Shown piece after piece: positions 10,054 to 21,300 of a stretch of 64,000 nucleotides of DNA. A program made the position numbers and the translations under genes. The DNA is from Candidatus Poribacteria bacterium (GTDB taxonomy: Bacteria; Poribacteria; WGA-4E; PCPOR2b): positions 800,001-864,000 of the forward strand of contig OZ244587.1 of NCBI GenBank assembly GCA_965218095.1. The letters are read 5' to 3'. The notes beneath the pieces were generated by a model, which saw nothing but the letters and a program-made list of their open reading frames with translations, did no database searches and had not been told where the DNA came from. Numbering within the stretch: the first letter of the stretch is position 1; each line of letters opens with the position of its first letter.

Positions 10054-10825
10054 CGGAGCCTCCCATCAGAATCCGAAGGGCTTCCTCAGTTTTCTGGTCG
10101 ATTCCGCTGCTGGTATCCGTAAGTTGTGTGAAAATCTGGTTCAGTGCTGTTTCGCTTGTCATCTTTCGCAGTTCATCAACCGTTGCGTCGGCGATTAGTT
10201 TTCCTTGGTTGATAATCATAATCCGTGGACAGAGCGTCTCTGCGACTTCAAGAATATGAGTACAGTACAAGATGGTTTTCCCCGCATCAGCGAAGCGTTG
10301 TAGAATCGTTTTCATGAGTGTGACTGTCGTCACATCCAAGTTGGTGAAGGGTTCGTCCAAAAACAGAACATCCGGATTATGCAACAAGGCGGACATAATG
10401 AGCAGTTTCTGGCGCATCCCTTGCGAAAAACTACCTATCTTTTGCGTTCCCTGCGGCTCCATGTCAAAGAGTCGCGTGAGGTCACGTATCTTCTGGGCGA
10501 TAAGCGTTTCTTCGACGTGATAGAGCCTACCCATCAACTGAAGGTGCTCGACTAAGGTTAAACTTTCGTATAATTGCGCGTCTTCGGGGACGTATCCGAC
10601 ATGCTTTTTTAGTTCGAGCAGCTCGGCCGCCGCATCATAACCGGTGACCGAGATTTTACCTTCCGTCGGTTCAAGCAGGCCGACAAGCATCTTTAGTGTC
10701 GTGCTTTTTCCCGCACCGTTGGGCCCGAGGTAACCCACGATCTGACCTTGTGGCACATCAAAGCTAATATCATCAACAGCGACGGTCCTTCCATATCTCT
10801 TTGTGAGATGAGAGACGTGAATCAT
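10046..10825 (-). CDS. ABC-2-type transporter ATP-binding protein
   Basis: GPNGAGKST, FSQGM signature, LFLDEP, TH switch. Confidence 0.93.
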   Translation of the reverse strand: MIHVSHLTKRYGRTVAVDDISFDVPQGQIVGYLGPNGAGKSTTLKMLVGLLEPTEGKISVTGYDAAAELLELKKHVGYVPEDAQLYESLTLVEHLQLMGRLYHVEETLIAQKIRDLTRLFDMEPQGTQKIGSFSQGMRQKLLIMSALLHNPDVLFLDEPFTNLDVTTVTLMKTILQRFADAGKTILYCTHILEVAETLCPRIMIINQGKLIADATVDELRKMTSETALNQIFTQLTDTSSGIDQKTEEALRILMGGSDA

Positions 10826-10960
10826 AGAAGCACTCCACGCGCTAAGTCACCATTTAGCGTTTATCAGTCCCCCACTAAAAATCGGAAGAAACCGATGGCG
10901 TTTTGTGTCAATCAATTCGCTCGCTGTTGAGCACGACGTACCTGATAGCACCGGTAAAAT

Positions 10961-12433
10961 TTATGCTTCAAGCAACCTTGGGACGATTCGCTGTTGGTAA
11001 GCATAATTTTCTTCCGGCGGCACCGTCGCTTTCTCTATAGGCAAAGTAACCAGTTTGCCTTCGTGGATAGCAGCCTCAAACTCCGGGCGGAATTTCCGCA
11101 GATAACTCACCGCGGGCCACGAGACAGCAATGCCAAAAACGCAGATTGTATTCCACGTCATTGTGTCCACATTGGCGATGTTATTTGCGACGTCCTCCAG
11201 CAAGTCAAGATCTTCATAGACCTCTTCCACTTCGCCGGTATCACCCCATCTACCGCTCTCTGTAATACTAAACTTGGGTCGCGTAATCGTCGTTTTGCGG
11301 CCTTTCCCATCAGCAATCCGTTGTACGATGTCTCGTACCCAGGGCGTTCCCCAACGGCACGGGGTGCACTGTCCACACGATTCATGCGCGTAGAATTTCA
11401 TAATGTTGAGGAGGCAATCAACAATGTTTCGCGTTTCGTTCATGACGATAATGCCCCCGGAACCGAGCATCGACTTCCAGAGCGTCAATGAGGTGAAGTC
11501 CAGGCGACACGCCAACTCATAATGCGTCAAGATCGGCGCGGAACTTCCGCCGGGGATGACGGCTTTTACACGCTCACCCCTGACGCTGCCCGCGACTTCG
11601 ATTAACTCCTCGGCGGTCAAGCCGAGGTCGAGTTCATACACGCCCGGCTTATTCACATCCCCACTGATGCAATACAGTTTTGTCCCTGTGTTCGGGTCTG
11701 GCGTTGGCGGATTAAACCGCGTATCCCCGTAAGTGCGTCCGATACTGGTATACCATTCGACGCCCTGCGCCATCAGGAAAGGCAGATTACACAAAGTTTC
11801 CACATTCTGCACAACCGTTGGTTTGTGAAATAGCCCTTCGACTGCGGGGAATGGTGGTTTCACCCGCGGTTGCCCCCGTTTCCCTTCAAGAGATTCAATC
11901 AGTCCCGTTTCCTCACCGCAGATATACGCACCAGCACCGGGATGCGTATAGATGTCAACATTAAGACCGCTCCCGAGAATATCTTTGCCGAGATAACCTT
12001 TGGCGTAGGCTTCGTCAATCGCGGCATCAAGCATCTTCTTGCCAAGCGTGAACTCGCCACGAATATACACGTAGCAAGTCTCGATACCCATCGCGTAACA
12101 GCAGATGAGAATACCTTCAATCAGCAGGTGCGGATTTCTCTCCAGTACATACCGATTGCTGAACGTCCCCGGCTCACTCTCGTCCGCATTACAACAGAGA
12201 TAACACGGCTTGATGTCTCTAGGCACAAAACTCCATTTTAATCCCGTCGAAAATCCTGCACCGCCACGCCCTTTCAGCCCGGATTTCATCACCATATCGC
12301 AAATTTCTTCTGGCTTATACTCCTTGACTGCCTTCTCAAAGCGTTTATAGCCATCATACTGACGGAACACATCAAATGTGTTGATGTCCGGTACATCCAA
12401 ATGTTCGTAGAGAATACGTCTTTCTTGAACCAT
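10961..12433 (-). CDS. nuoF: NADH-quinone oxidoreductase subunit F
   Basis: GRGGAGF, NADESEPGT, GAGAYICGEETGL, ESCGQCTPCR. Confidence 0.96.
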   Translation of the reverse strand: MVQERRILYEHLDVPDINTFDVFRQYDGYKRFEKAVKEYKPEEICDMVMKSGLKGRGGAGFSTGLKWSFVPRDIKPCYLCCNADESEPGTFSNRYVLERNPHLLIEGILICCYAMGIETCYVYIRGEFTLGKKMLDAAIDEAYAKGYLGKDILGSGLNVDIYTHPGAGAYICGEETGLIESLEGKRGQPRVKPPFPAVEGLFHKPTVVQNVETLCNLPFLMAQGVEWYTSIGRTYGDTRFNPPTPDPNTGTKLYCISGDVNKPGVYELDLGLTAEELIEVAGSVRGERVKAVIPGGSSAPILTHYELACRLDFTSLTLWKSMLGSGGIIVMNETRNIVDCLLNIMKFYAHESCGQCTPCRWGTPWVRDIVQRIADGKGRKTTITRPKFSITESGRWGDTGEVEEVYEDLDLLEDVANNIANVDTMTWNTICVFGIAVSWPAVSYLRKFRPEFEAAIHEGKLVTLPIEKATVPPEENYAYQQRIVPRLLEA

Positions 12434-12448
12434 GAGCCATCTCCAACC

Positions 12449-12970
12449 TTACGCTAAACTGTCCAAAACCTCATCTATCTTTTGCGAGGTGAAGTTTTTA
12501 TACAACTCGTCGTTGATCATTACGACAGGCGCCACATCGCAAGATGCCAAACATTCTGATTTCAGCAGGGTAAATTTTCCATCCGGGGTCGTCCCTTTTG
12601 CCAGGTCTGTCTCAGAAGCAACCTCTATATCGAGCTTTTGTTTAATCTGATCTAGCACCAATTTACAATCTCTCAACGCACAGGGGAGTGTATAGCAAAC
12701 GCGGATGACATATTTACCAACCGGTTCCTCAAAGAACATCGGATAAAATGTCACCACATCCTTGACCTTCATCACTGCCACTTCTAGGAGTTCAGCGACA
12801 TACTCCATGACGGCGGGACTGATGTAGCCCGCCTGCCTCTGTGCAAGATGAAGTGTCGGAAGCATGGCAGCCTCCTTCACCGGATACCGCTGAATCAGCC
12901 GATCAAACTCCCGTTGATTTTCCTCTGAAAACTGGAATGGCGTTTCTATTTGAATAAGTTCATCGGACAT
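12449..12970 (-). CDS. nuoE: NADH-quinone oxidoreductase subunit E
   Basis: VCYTLPC...ECLASCDVAP 2Fe-2S motif. Confidence 0.95.
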   Translation of the reverse strand: MSDELIQIETPFQFSEENQREFDRLIQRYPVKEAAMLPTLHLAQRQAGYISPAVMEYVAELLEVAVMKVKDVVTFYPMFFEEPVGKYVIRVCYTLPCALRDCKLVLDQIKQKLDIEVASETDLAKGTTPDGKFTLLKSECLASCDVAPVVMINDELYKNFTSQKIDEVLDSLA

Positions 12971-13069
12971 CTACTCGTTCTTTCTGAGAAGAAATGACTA
13001 AAGTGCGTTGCGTCAGTTAGGGTGTCTAGAATCACTACTATTCGCGGAGAGTGGACGCCACAATCTCCG

Positions 13070-13502
13070 TTAGTCTGAAGGACGATCAGTTCGTAAGCCC
13101 ACAGCAATCGCTAAACCAACAATCAAGACCGCAGCAACTCCTAAACAGAGAAGCAGCAGCCAAGGAGGCTCTTTTTTGTGCATTTTTAGAGACACATAGT
13201 GATCTGCGCCAGCAATAATTGTGACCGGTTTGCCAGTGCGATCGCCATATCCCTCCTTGTAAATACTAAGCAGATAACGACTTGGCGGTATACCAGATTT
13301 CTTAAATTCACCCGTGCTATCTGATGTCGTTTCAAATTCTGTACCATCAGCACTGACAATAACAACTCTGACCCCTTCGATTGGGAGTTGCGCCGTTGAG
13401 GTATCAGAGATATAACCACGAACTGTCCCCGTTTTTGCATCTTGGGCAAACACCACCCCGGGAATGCCCCACAGACAGCAAAATAAGGCTTAACCGCTTC
13501 AT
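13070..13502 (-). pseudogene. Carboxypeptidase-regulatory-like beta-domain protein with C-terminal TM anchor; signal peptide frameshifted
   Basis: GTVRGYISD..PIEGV..TTSDSTGEF..YLLSIYKEGY; MKRLSLILL start at 13502 is out of frame with LWGIPGVVFAQD. Confidence 0.65.
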
Positions 13503-13636
13503 GTTTTCGCCTCGACTTATGATGTGTCTCTGTTGAACGGTCTCCAGCAGATACCGAATGATCGCAGAGTGATTCCCACCGCTTCGCCGTCAAAGATAGC
13601 GAGGCTTGGCAGTGCAGGGGCTTGAACCTTTTGCTA

Positions 13637-14833
13637 TCACCGATCCAATTCCCCAGCAATGATATTTAGACTCCCCAATACGGCGACAATGTCTGATACC
13701 ATACAGCCTTCGATCATGTGAGGCACCGCTTGGAAATGGACAAAGCTGGGTGGCCGAATACGGCAGCGATACGCCTTACCACTGCCGTCACTGACGAGAT
13801 AAAATCCGAGTTCACCATTCGGCGACTCGGTGGCACAATAGACTTCACCCACGGGGGGTTGAACGCCGTGTCCATCCATAATAATCTTGAAGTGGTGAAT
13901 TAAACCTTCGATATTTCCGTAGGCGTCCGCTTTCGTCGGCAGGCTGATTTTATAGTCATCCACATTGACGGGCCCATCGGGAAGATTATCAAGTGCCTGC
14001 TGAACAATTCGACCACTCTGGATCATCTCTTCCATACGCACGAGATACCGGTCATAGACATCGCCATTGGTCCCGACGGGAACATCGAAATCGAAGTTCT
14101 CATAGGAGGAGTACGGCTCGGCTTTGCGTAAATCCCAATCCACCCCGGACGCACGCAGACATGGACCTGTAAAGCCGTAATCGATTGCATCTTCGGCGGA
14201 CACCACCCCAACATCTTTGGTCCGATCCATCCAGATCCGGTTTCGGGTCAGCAGTGTATGAACCTCTTTCAGGGTTTTCGGAAAGCTACTGATGAACGCC
14301 CGGACATCTTCCTCAAAACCGTCGTATATGTCTCTCAAGAGCCCTCCGACGCGGGTATAGCTGGTGGTCAAGCGGGCACCGGTGGTTTTCTCGAAGATGC
14401 TGTACAACTTCTCGCGCTCTTCAAACCCGTATAACATCACTGTAAGTGCCCCCAGGTCTAGCGCACCCATACCGAGCCAAAGGAGGTGATCTGCGATGCG
14501 GGAGAGTTCAGCAAGGATAACGCGGATATACTCGCAACGCTTGGGGACTTGGAGTTCCATCAACTTTTCCACGGCAAGCACATAGCCGAAGTTGTTAGAC
14601 AGCGGTGAGAGGTAGTTCATCCGGTCGGTCACGACGATAAACTGGTTGTAATCATGGTGCTCCCCTAACTTCTCGAAACCAGTATGTAGATAACCGAGAT
14701 GGGGCGTCGCTTTCAGGATGGTTTCGCCATCAAGTTCTACGACAATTCTCAGGGTGCCGTGGGTTGCGGGGTGCTGTGGACCAAAGTTCAGCGTCATCGG
14801 TTCGCCAGCAACTCGATCTGGATCGTTGTGCAT
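13637..14833 (-). CDS. nuoD: NADH-quinone oxidoreductase subunit D
   Basis: NFGPQHPATHGTLR, GELDR C-terminus. Confidence 0.97.
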   Translation of the reverse strand: MHNDPDRVAGEPMTLNFGPQHPATHGTLRIVVELDGETILKATPHLGYLHTGFEKLGEHHDYNQFIVVTDRMNYLSPLSNNFGYVLAVEKLMELQVPKRCEYIRVILAELSRIADHLLWLGMGALDLGALTVMLYGFEEREKLYSIFEKTTGARLTTSYTRVGGLLRDIYDGFEEDVRAFISSFPKTLKEVHTLLTRNRIWMDRTKDVGVVSAEDAIDYGFTGPCLRASGVDWDLRKAEPYSSYENFDFDVPVGTNGDVYDRYLVRMEEMIQSGRIVQQALDNLPDGPVNVDDYKISLPTKADAYGNIEGLIHHFKIIMDGHGVQPPVGEVYCATESPNGELGFYLVSDGSGKAYRCRIRPPSFVHFQAVPHMIEGCMVSDIVAVLGSLNIIAGELDR

Positions 14834-14896
14834 CTTTTTTCTCCAAGCGTAAAGTGTGAAAAGCACTCACAAATGGCTTTCTTCTTACGTTTTACA

Positions 14897-15448
14897 TTAC
14901 GCATTCTGCCGCTCAAAGTTAAAGGTCTCACGTTCTCCACGACCACGTAGCGGATAGTCCTTACGAAGCGGGTGTCCTTCATAGTCATCGGGCATCAAGA
15001 TTCGGCGGAGGTCCGGATGATTCTCAAAGGTGATCCCAAACATATCGTAGGTTTCCCGCTCCAGCCAATCCGCGACCTTCCAGATTGACGCCATTGATGG
15101 GAGGCTGAGTTCTCTTTCATGAACGGGAACTTTGACACGCAAACGTTCTCTCTTTTCTGTTGAAAGCAGATGATAGACGACCATGAACCTCGCATAGTCG
15201 TATTTCATGAGGGCGTCTTCCATCAGGGAATAATCAACTGCTGTGACATCAGCAAGAAAGTTGTATGCGAGTTCTGAATCGTTTTTCAGGAACGCCATTA
15301 GTTCATAGATGGCATCTTTATGCACAACAATCGTCAGTTCGCCCCGTGCATCGGAAACGTCAAGGATCGCATCAGGGTATTTTTCTTGAACTTTTTGAAC
15401 GACAAGGGGCCGTTGTGCTTTAGCTGTTACCTCTTGCTCTTCACTCAT
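14897..15448 (-). CDS. nuoC: NADH-quinone oxidoreductase subunit C
   Basis: WLERETYDMFGI, HPDLRRIL, GHPLRKDYPL. Confidence 0.97.
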   Translation of the reverse strand: MSEEQEVTAKAQRPLVVQKVQEKYPDAILDVSDARGELTIVVHKDAIYELMAFLKNDSELAYNFLADVTAVDYSLMEDALMKYDYARFMVVYHLLSTEKRERLRVKVPVHERELSLPSMASIWKVADWLERETYDMFGITFENHPDLRRILMPDDYEGHPLRKDYPLRGRGERETFNFERQNA

Positions 15449-15460
15449 TGGACTTATCCT

Positions 15461-15967
15461 CTAACTAGTACTAGCAATCGCACCTTTCTGCTTTCCAGGG
15501 GCGACACTCTCTCCTTCCACGATGCGTTGGATTTGCATCACGGCGTCAATGAGATCTTCAGGACGGGGTGGGCAGCCGGGGATGTAAATATCAACGGGAA
15601 TAAACTGATCAACGCCTTGTATTAAAGTATAGGTATCAAAAACACCGCCTGTGGAAGCGCATGCCCCCATTGAGATGACCCATTTGGGTTCAGGCATCTG
15701 ATCGTAGATTTTTTTCAAGACCGGCATCATTTTAATCGAGATGCGCCCCGAAACAATCAACAAATCCGACTGACGCGGCGAAAATCGAATGGCTTCCGCA
15801 CCGAAGCGGGAGAGGTCGAACTTCGACGCCAAGGCCGCCATCATTTCAATGGCACAACAGGCAGTGCCAAACGGCATCGGCCAGAGCGAGTTTTTTCGTC
15901 CCCAGTTCACAAACTTATCGATGGTAGTGGTGAATATATTGTCTCCCAGCTTACTTTCTAATCCCAT
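15461..15967 (-). CDS. nuoB: NADH-quinone oxidoreductase subunit B
   Basis: [20 protein letters not shown]. Confidence 0.97.
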   Translation of the reverse strand: MGLESKLGDNIFTTTIDKFVNWGRKNSLWPMPFGTACCAIEMMAALASKFDLSRFGAEAIRFSPRQSDLLIVSGRISIKMMPVLKKIYDQMPEPKWVISMGACASTGGVFDTYTLIQGVDQFIPVDIYIPGCPPRPEDLIDAVMQIQRIVEGESVAPGKQKGAIASTS

Positions 15968-16326
15968 GACAGACCACCTTTCTTCCAAGCGTAGATATAA
16001 CCTAAAAAGAGAATACCGATGAAGACCAGCATTTCAACGAGAATAAAATAGCCACTGGTCTCCGTGAATTTCTTAAAGACAATTGCCCATGGATAGAGAA
16101 ACACAACTTCAATATCAAAAATGATAAAGAGCATAGCGATTAGACTAAAGCGGATGGAAATCCGTTGGCGGGTATCTCCGACCGGCTGAACGCCGGATTC
16201 GTAGACAGAGAGTTTTGATTTCGTAGATTTCTTTGGCCCAACTAGGTGAGTGATCGCAAGATTCACTCCCGCGAAACCTATGGCAAAAAGCAGCAACAGG
16301 AGTATAGGTAAGTAATCGATTAACAT
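15958..16326 (-). CDS. nuoA: NADH-quinone oxidoreductase subunit A
   Basis: [28 protein letters not shown]. Confidence 0.96.
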   Translation of the reverse strand: MLIDYLPILLLLLFAIGFAGVNLAITHLVGPKKSTKSKLSVYESGVQPVGDTRQRISIRFSLIAMLFIIFDIEVVFLYPWAIVFKKFTETSGYFILVEMLVFIGILFLGYIYAWKKGGLSWD

Positions 16327-16566
16327 TTTTAAGATAAGCGGCGTTTTCAGCCAAAATGTACGGTGGTAGCCCGAATAAAGCAATTGAATATCGGCTTGTG
16401 AAATTTTTCACATACTCAAGCCAAAAAAGAACGGGGCTCATTTTCAGCCCGTTTCATTTGACAAACGGCCATATTTTCTCACATTTTGGAAATGGTGTCA
16501 AGTCTTTTTTATCATGAACAAAAATAAATGCAAGACGAGACATTTTCTTGACCTAATCATGTTGCC

Positions 16567-16974
16567 CTAATCATCTAGCACGATTGGTAGGCACTTATAC
16601 TGTGTCCGAATCTTGTTTACCGTGGAAAGTACAAGCGGGCGTTCAATGATTTTGCGTTCCAGCCTTCGCTTACCGGGGAAATCGCAAAGAATCATGCCGA
16701 CAAGCAGGCTCAAGATACCTTGTCCCGGCGTAAATAGCATAATGAATCCGCCAATCAAAAAGACTATACCGCACACATTTTTTAAGCAACGCAGAAATAG
16801 ACGTAAAATGGGATTCCTTATACGGCTCACCCGCTTTTTCCGATTGAAATAGTCCGATGGTAGCGAAATGAGCAGTACCGAAACGCTCGCAAGACTTACA
16901 ATGATGGTGATTATAGATAGAATTAAGAACAGCATCCAATGGGTTTTAATCTGAAGGGTAATAAATTCAATCAC
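16567..16974 (-). CDS. Putative transmembrane protein (PGPGW-like)
   Basis: LPSDYF...LKNVCG...FTPGQGIL...DFPGKRRLE pattern. Confidence 0.65.
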   Translation of the reverse strand: MIEFITLQIKTHWMLFLILSIITIIVSLASVSVLLISLPSDYFNRKKRVSRIRNPILRLFLRCLKNVCGIVFLIGGFIMLFTPGQGILSLLVGMILCDFPGKRRLERKIIERPLVLSTVNKIRTQYKCLPIVLDD

Positions 16975-17026
16975 GGATAATTCTTCTTCTCTCCGTTTGG
17001 ATTTCCGTCCGTCAGCTAATTGACTC

Positions 17027-17798
17027 TCATCGACGGGAGACCGCGCCTCCGTCAATTGTCAAGATATCGCCACTTATATAAGCTGCTTCATCGGATGTGA
17101 GGAATAGCACAGCACCGATATAGTCCCATACAGTTGCACGCCGATCCAGCGGAGGTGCGTCGGCTGGAGCGAAGGACAGATCTGGTAAGGAATTATCCTT
17201 TGGCAGATTCTGTGAGGAATTGATGCCTGTGGGTGCACCGCCACCGGGGGCAATCGCGTTGACGATAATGCCGTATGGGCGCAACTCAAGGGTGAGGCTC
17301 TGGGTAAGTTGATTCAACGCCGCCTTGCTGACACAGTAGTTCAAGACGCCATCATGAGATTCTTCAGCGTAAATCGGAGTTGTTGATGATGCGCCCACGA
17401 ATCCCTTGGCCAATCATCACCCTTGCTGCTGCTTGCACGCAAAGCAGGCGCCCCTTGACGTTGACTCCCATGACGCGATCAAATTCTTCGGCGGTCACTT
17501 CAAATAACGTTTGCCGGCCCAGAATACCCACATTATTGAACACAATGTCTAATTGTCCGAATGTTTCAACGGTGGTGTCAACAGCAGCTTGCACCTGTCC
17601 GGGGACAGTTACATCCACCGGTATGGCGATTGCCTGACCGCCTTCGTTTTGAACATCCGCGGCAACCGCATCCGCCATTCATCCGCCCGCAACGACGACG
17701 GCTGCGCCTTCGCGTGCAAATGCCAGACATGCCACCCTGCCGATGCCGAGCGGCCCACCACCACCTGTCACAAACGCAACTCGGTTTTCAAAACGCAT
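17027..17798 (-). pseudogene. SDR-family oxidoreductase, broken by a stop and a frameshift
   Basis: MRFENRVAFVTGGGG..GIG, FNNVG, YCVSK, VNAIAPG, IDGG spread over three fragments. Confidence 0.85.
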
Positions 17799-18386
17799 CT
17801 GTTCTGCCTTGGTCAACTAATGAAATTTTATGTCAGCAAACTGCCGCTCATAATACCACATATTGCAGATACCGGTCAATCAAAAATAGAGATTATGAGT
17901 TGACGTTCCGTATAGGTTATGGTAGGATAGGGAAAAGAAAGGAAGCATAGTCAGTAGCAGAGAGGTTCTCTTGCGTCATACGCATTACGCTTTGCACACA
18001 ATGCACCGTGTTGTAGAAATTGCGGCAAATCTTAATCTCTTTTCCGATCTACCTACGTACCCATCGGGAGGAAAACCGTGATCTGGTTCGTCTTCGGTTC
18101 TGTTGTCATTGTGATGACTGGGGCGGGAATACTCATATCAAGATTGGCAGAGATTGCTAAAGCGGGCCGAGGCAAGAAGACGTGGATTTGGGGGGCGTCA
18201 TCATACTCATTGCGCTTATTGCGGCGCCGCTCCTTTTGTTGGGCATCATCGTCAAATTCGCGCAGTATACATCAGTAGGAAATGTTTTTGGGAATTTTGA
18301 TAACTCTCATAATTAGCCACCATATCGCCGTTTGCGCGTAAAGACATATTATACCATACGGCTAAAGTGGGACAAGCAAATTTGCT

Positions 18387-21300
18387 TTACTTCAGAATCA
18401 GCATCTTCCGCGTCGCCGTAAAGTCGCCTGCTGTCAGTGTGTAAAAATAGAGGCCACTGGCGACAGACTCACCGAACTGATTGTGTCCGTCCCAATACAT
18501 CGCACGGCTTCGGTTCTGATACATACCCGCCGCCTGATGCCCCACCGCCAAACGCCGAACCGCCCCCCCGTTTATATCATAGATCGTCAGCGTCACCTCT
18601 GCGGGTTCTGCCAACTGATACGGTATCCATGTTTCCGGGTTAAACGGATTCGGGTAGTTGGGGTGCAACGCGGTTTCTTCAGGAATCAGCGAGGCTAACA
18701 GGTTTTGAAGATTCTCGATACCCTGTTGGAAGGCAACCGAACCGTCATCCGCCAACCGTGCATCCGCAATCCACGCTTCTATTGCCACTTTCAGTCCCCC
18801 CATGGTTGCAACCGGCGGCGCGGCAGGCGTTCCGAACTCCGCTGCCACGCGGATGAGGTCGAGAATGCTGACAACACCATCGCCATTGACATCCACCGGC
18901 GAGTTGGTGGGCACCGTTTCCCCCAACTGCTGTGCGACGAGAATCAGATCCAGAATGCTCACCTGCCCATCTCGATTCACATCCCCGCTTGCCAGTTGTC
19001 CCTCAACTGTAATGCTGATTTTATGTGGGCCCGCGGGGATGTTTTCTCCGGTGAGAGTGCCGAACTGAAAATTTTGTAGTGTTAAGTCTGTTTCGCCACC
19101 GGATTTTGCTTTGAATGTTACTTGTACTAGAGTGCCGCTGCCACTCACACCGTGCTCGGTTAGCCGAGCCGCGGTAATCCCTGTGATTTTACCCGCAGTG
19201 TTATCAATCCGCCCACCCTGAAAGAAGGTCGTTCCGCCTAGGAAATCGCCTTCGTTCACATCAATAGCTTCCAGCGCAGCAGCATTGAAGGCAATATCAA
19301 ACTGCCAGCCCGCGAGGTCGAAGACATCTTCGGCGCGGATGTCGAGGGTAAAGGTATCGCCGACATGAATGGGCGTCTTGGAAAAAGTGTAGCCGACACC
19401 GGGGATTGCCACTGTATATTCGGTGCTGGGTTCAAATCCGAAATGTGCGTTACCCAAGCTATGAACCTGGACTAACAAGACATTTCTCCCCTCCTCCAGC
19501 GTGACCGGGTAAAAATTAGTGTAATCGTCAGTCCCCCCCCTATCCCTGAAAGGGTGAATCAAAGCGCCGTTGAGCCAGGCCCTTACGTACGTGCTGCCGA
19601 CGTACATCGTTGTGTCCTGTTGCCGCGGCGAATACAGAGAGACATAACCGTAGAGGACTGCATCGATCCTGCGTTTCAGCATGGCTTCGACGTTATTATC
19701 CCCACGCGGCGGGAGTTTGTCGTGGTCGGCTGTCCACACGCTATCGCCGACAGACTTTCCTTCTGTTGCCCCATGGGTAGCCACTGCCATTTCTGTCACT
19801 CTGCCATCGCTGGCTTCTGCTAGTAGATCTGTACCGCTCTTTATATCTCTGCCTGGATCTGTGGACGGTAACACGACCCATAACCACGGCCCCTCTATTT
19901 TCGGCCCCCCTTTTGGGAACACCGGATTGTCGAACCAAAAGAGCTTTATATTCTCGCGGAACCCATCCAAAGGAGAAAGGTCGGCGATCTTGTTGTTCCC
20001 GACATGTAACCATTTTAAATCGGTTAAACTCGCAAGAGGCGATATGTCCGAGATGTTGTTGTGTCCAAGATTTAGCCATTCCAAGGCGGTTAACCCTGCA
20101 AGCGGCGATATGTCCGAGATGTCGTTGTGTTCAAGATCTAGCCATTTCAAGGCGGTTAACCCCGCAAGCGAGGATATGTCCGAGATGTTGTTGCTTTCAA
20201 GACCCAGACGGGTTACCCCGGTTAATCCCGCAAGGGATGATATATCCGATGTTTCGTTGCTGACAAGATACAGCTCTTTCAGACCGGTTAAGCCCGCCAA
20301 AGGTGTAAGGTCTGATATCTCTCCACCACAAATATTTACGGACTCCAGTGTTGTTAACCCCGCAAGGGGTGATAAATCAGATACAGGGTTGCCCCAAGTG
20401 CGAATGCGTTTCAGGCTGATTAATCCTGCAATCGGCGATAGGTCAGATACGTTGTTACTGGAAAAACTTACAAACTCCAGATTGATTAGTCCTATAAACG
20501 GCGATAGATCGGATGCGTTGTTACGGGCACAATATAACCACTCCAGGTTGATTAATCCTGCAATCGGCGACAGGTCGGATACCTTGTTATCGGGAAAACT
20601 TAAAGTCTCCAGATTGATTAATCCTGCCAAGGGCGAGAGATCCGATATCGAGTTGTCGGGCAAGTCCAGATCTGTCAGATTGGTTGCAAACTGAAGTCCT
20701 GTCAAATCTTGGATGCCCCTGTCTCCCGCCTCCAGTCTTCTCAATGTTTTCATCTCTGCCACAGTAATCGGGGCATTGGGGCTTTTGCCAAGATTTTCTG
20801 CAATGGCGGCGCGGAGGTTCGGGTCCGGGATATGAACAACGGTGCCCGGTGGAGGCGGCGGCGGCGGTTCTGGTGGCTTGACGAGCTCCGGGAAACCCAG
20901 CGCAAAAATCACAGCCAGAAAATTCGATGTCCATGTGTCGCGTTTCACACGCCCGTTCTCACCGACGAGCGGCAGCAAGCCGACGTTTTGTAGTCCGACA
21001 TTCTCACGAATCTTTTCGATGAACACTTCGGTTGTTAACCCAACCGCGGCGGCGGCATGTGCCGCGTCTACTGGGGCTTGAAACGCCTCGTGGAAACGTG
21101 AAATCGGTTCGATGCCACTCAAGACACCACCCGTCGCTTCAAGCGCCAGTCTGTAGCGGTTCATATCTTCGTCCACGCGGGTATCCATCTCTGATTTTTC
21201 GACGTAGAGGCGTAGCGCCTGCGCTTTGTCGTAAGCTGGGGTTGCATTAGCCTCAATCACCGGACGCACCTCATCTTCAAAGGTTTTCATCCCCTCGGTG

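Noticed and set aside
18078-18278. Small hydrophobic ORF with RBS
   Set aside because: Looks like a frameshifted membrane-protein remnant; too little evidence to call
20030-20240. Regularly spaced repeats as a CRISPR array
   Set aside because: The 66-bp period is in-frame LRR coding; no cas genes or unique spacers
19681-20694. 337-aa plus-strand ORF
   Set aside because: Antisense shadow of the LRR repeats
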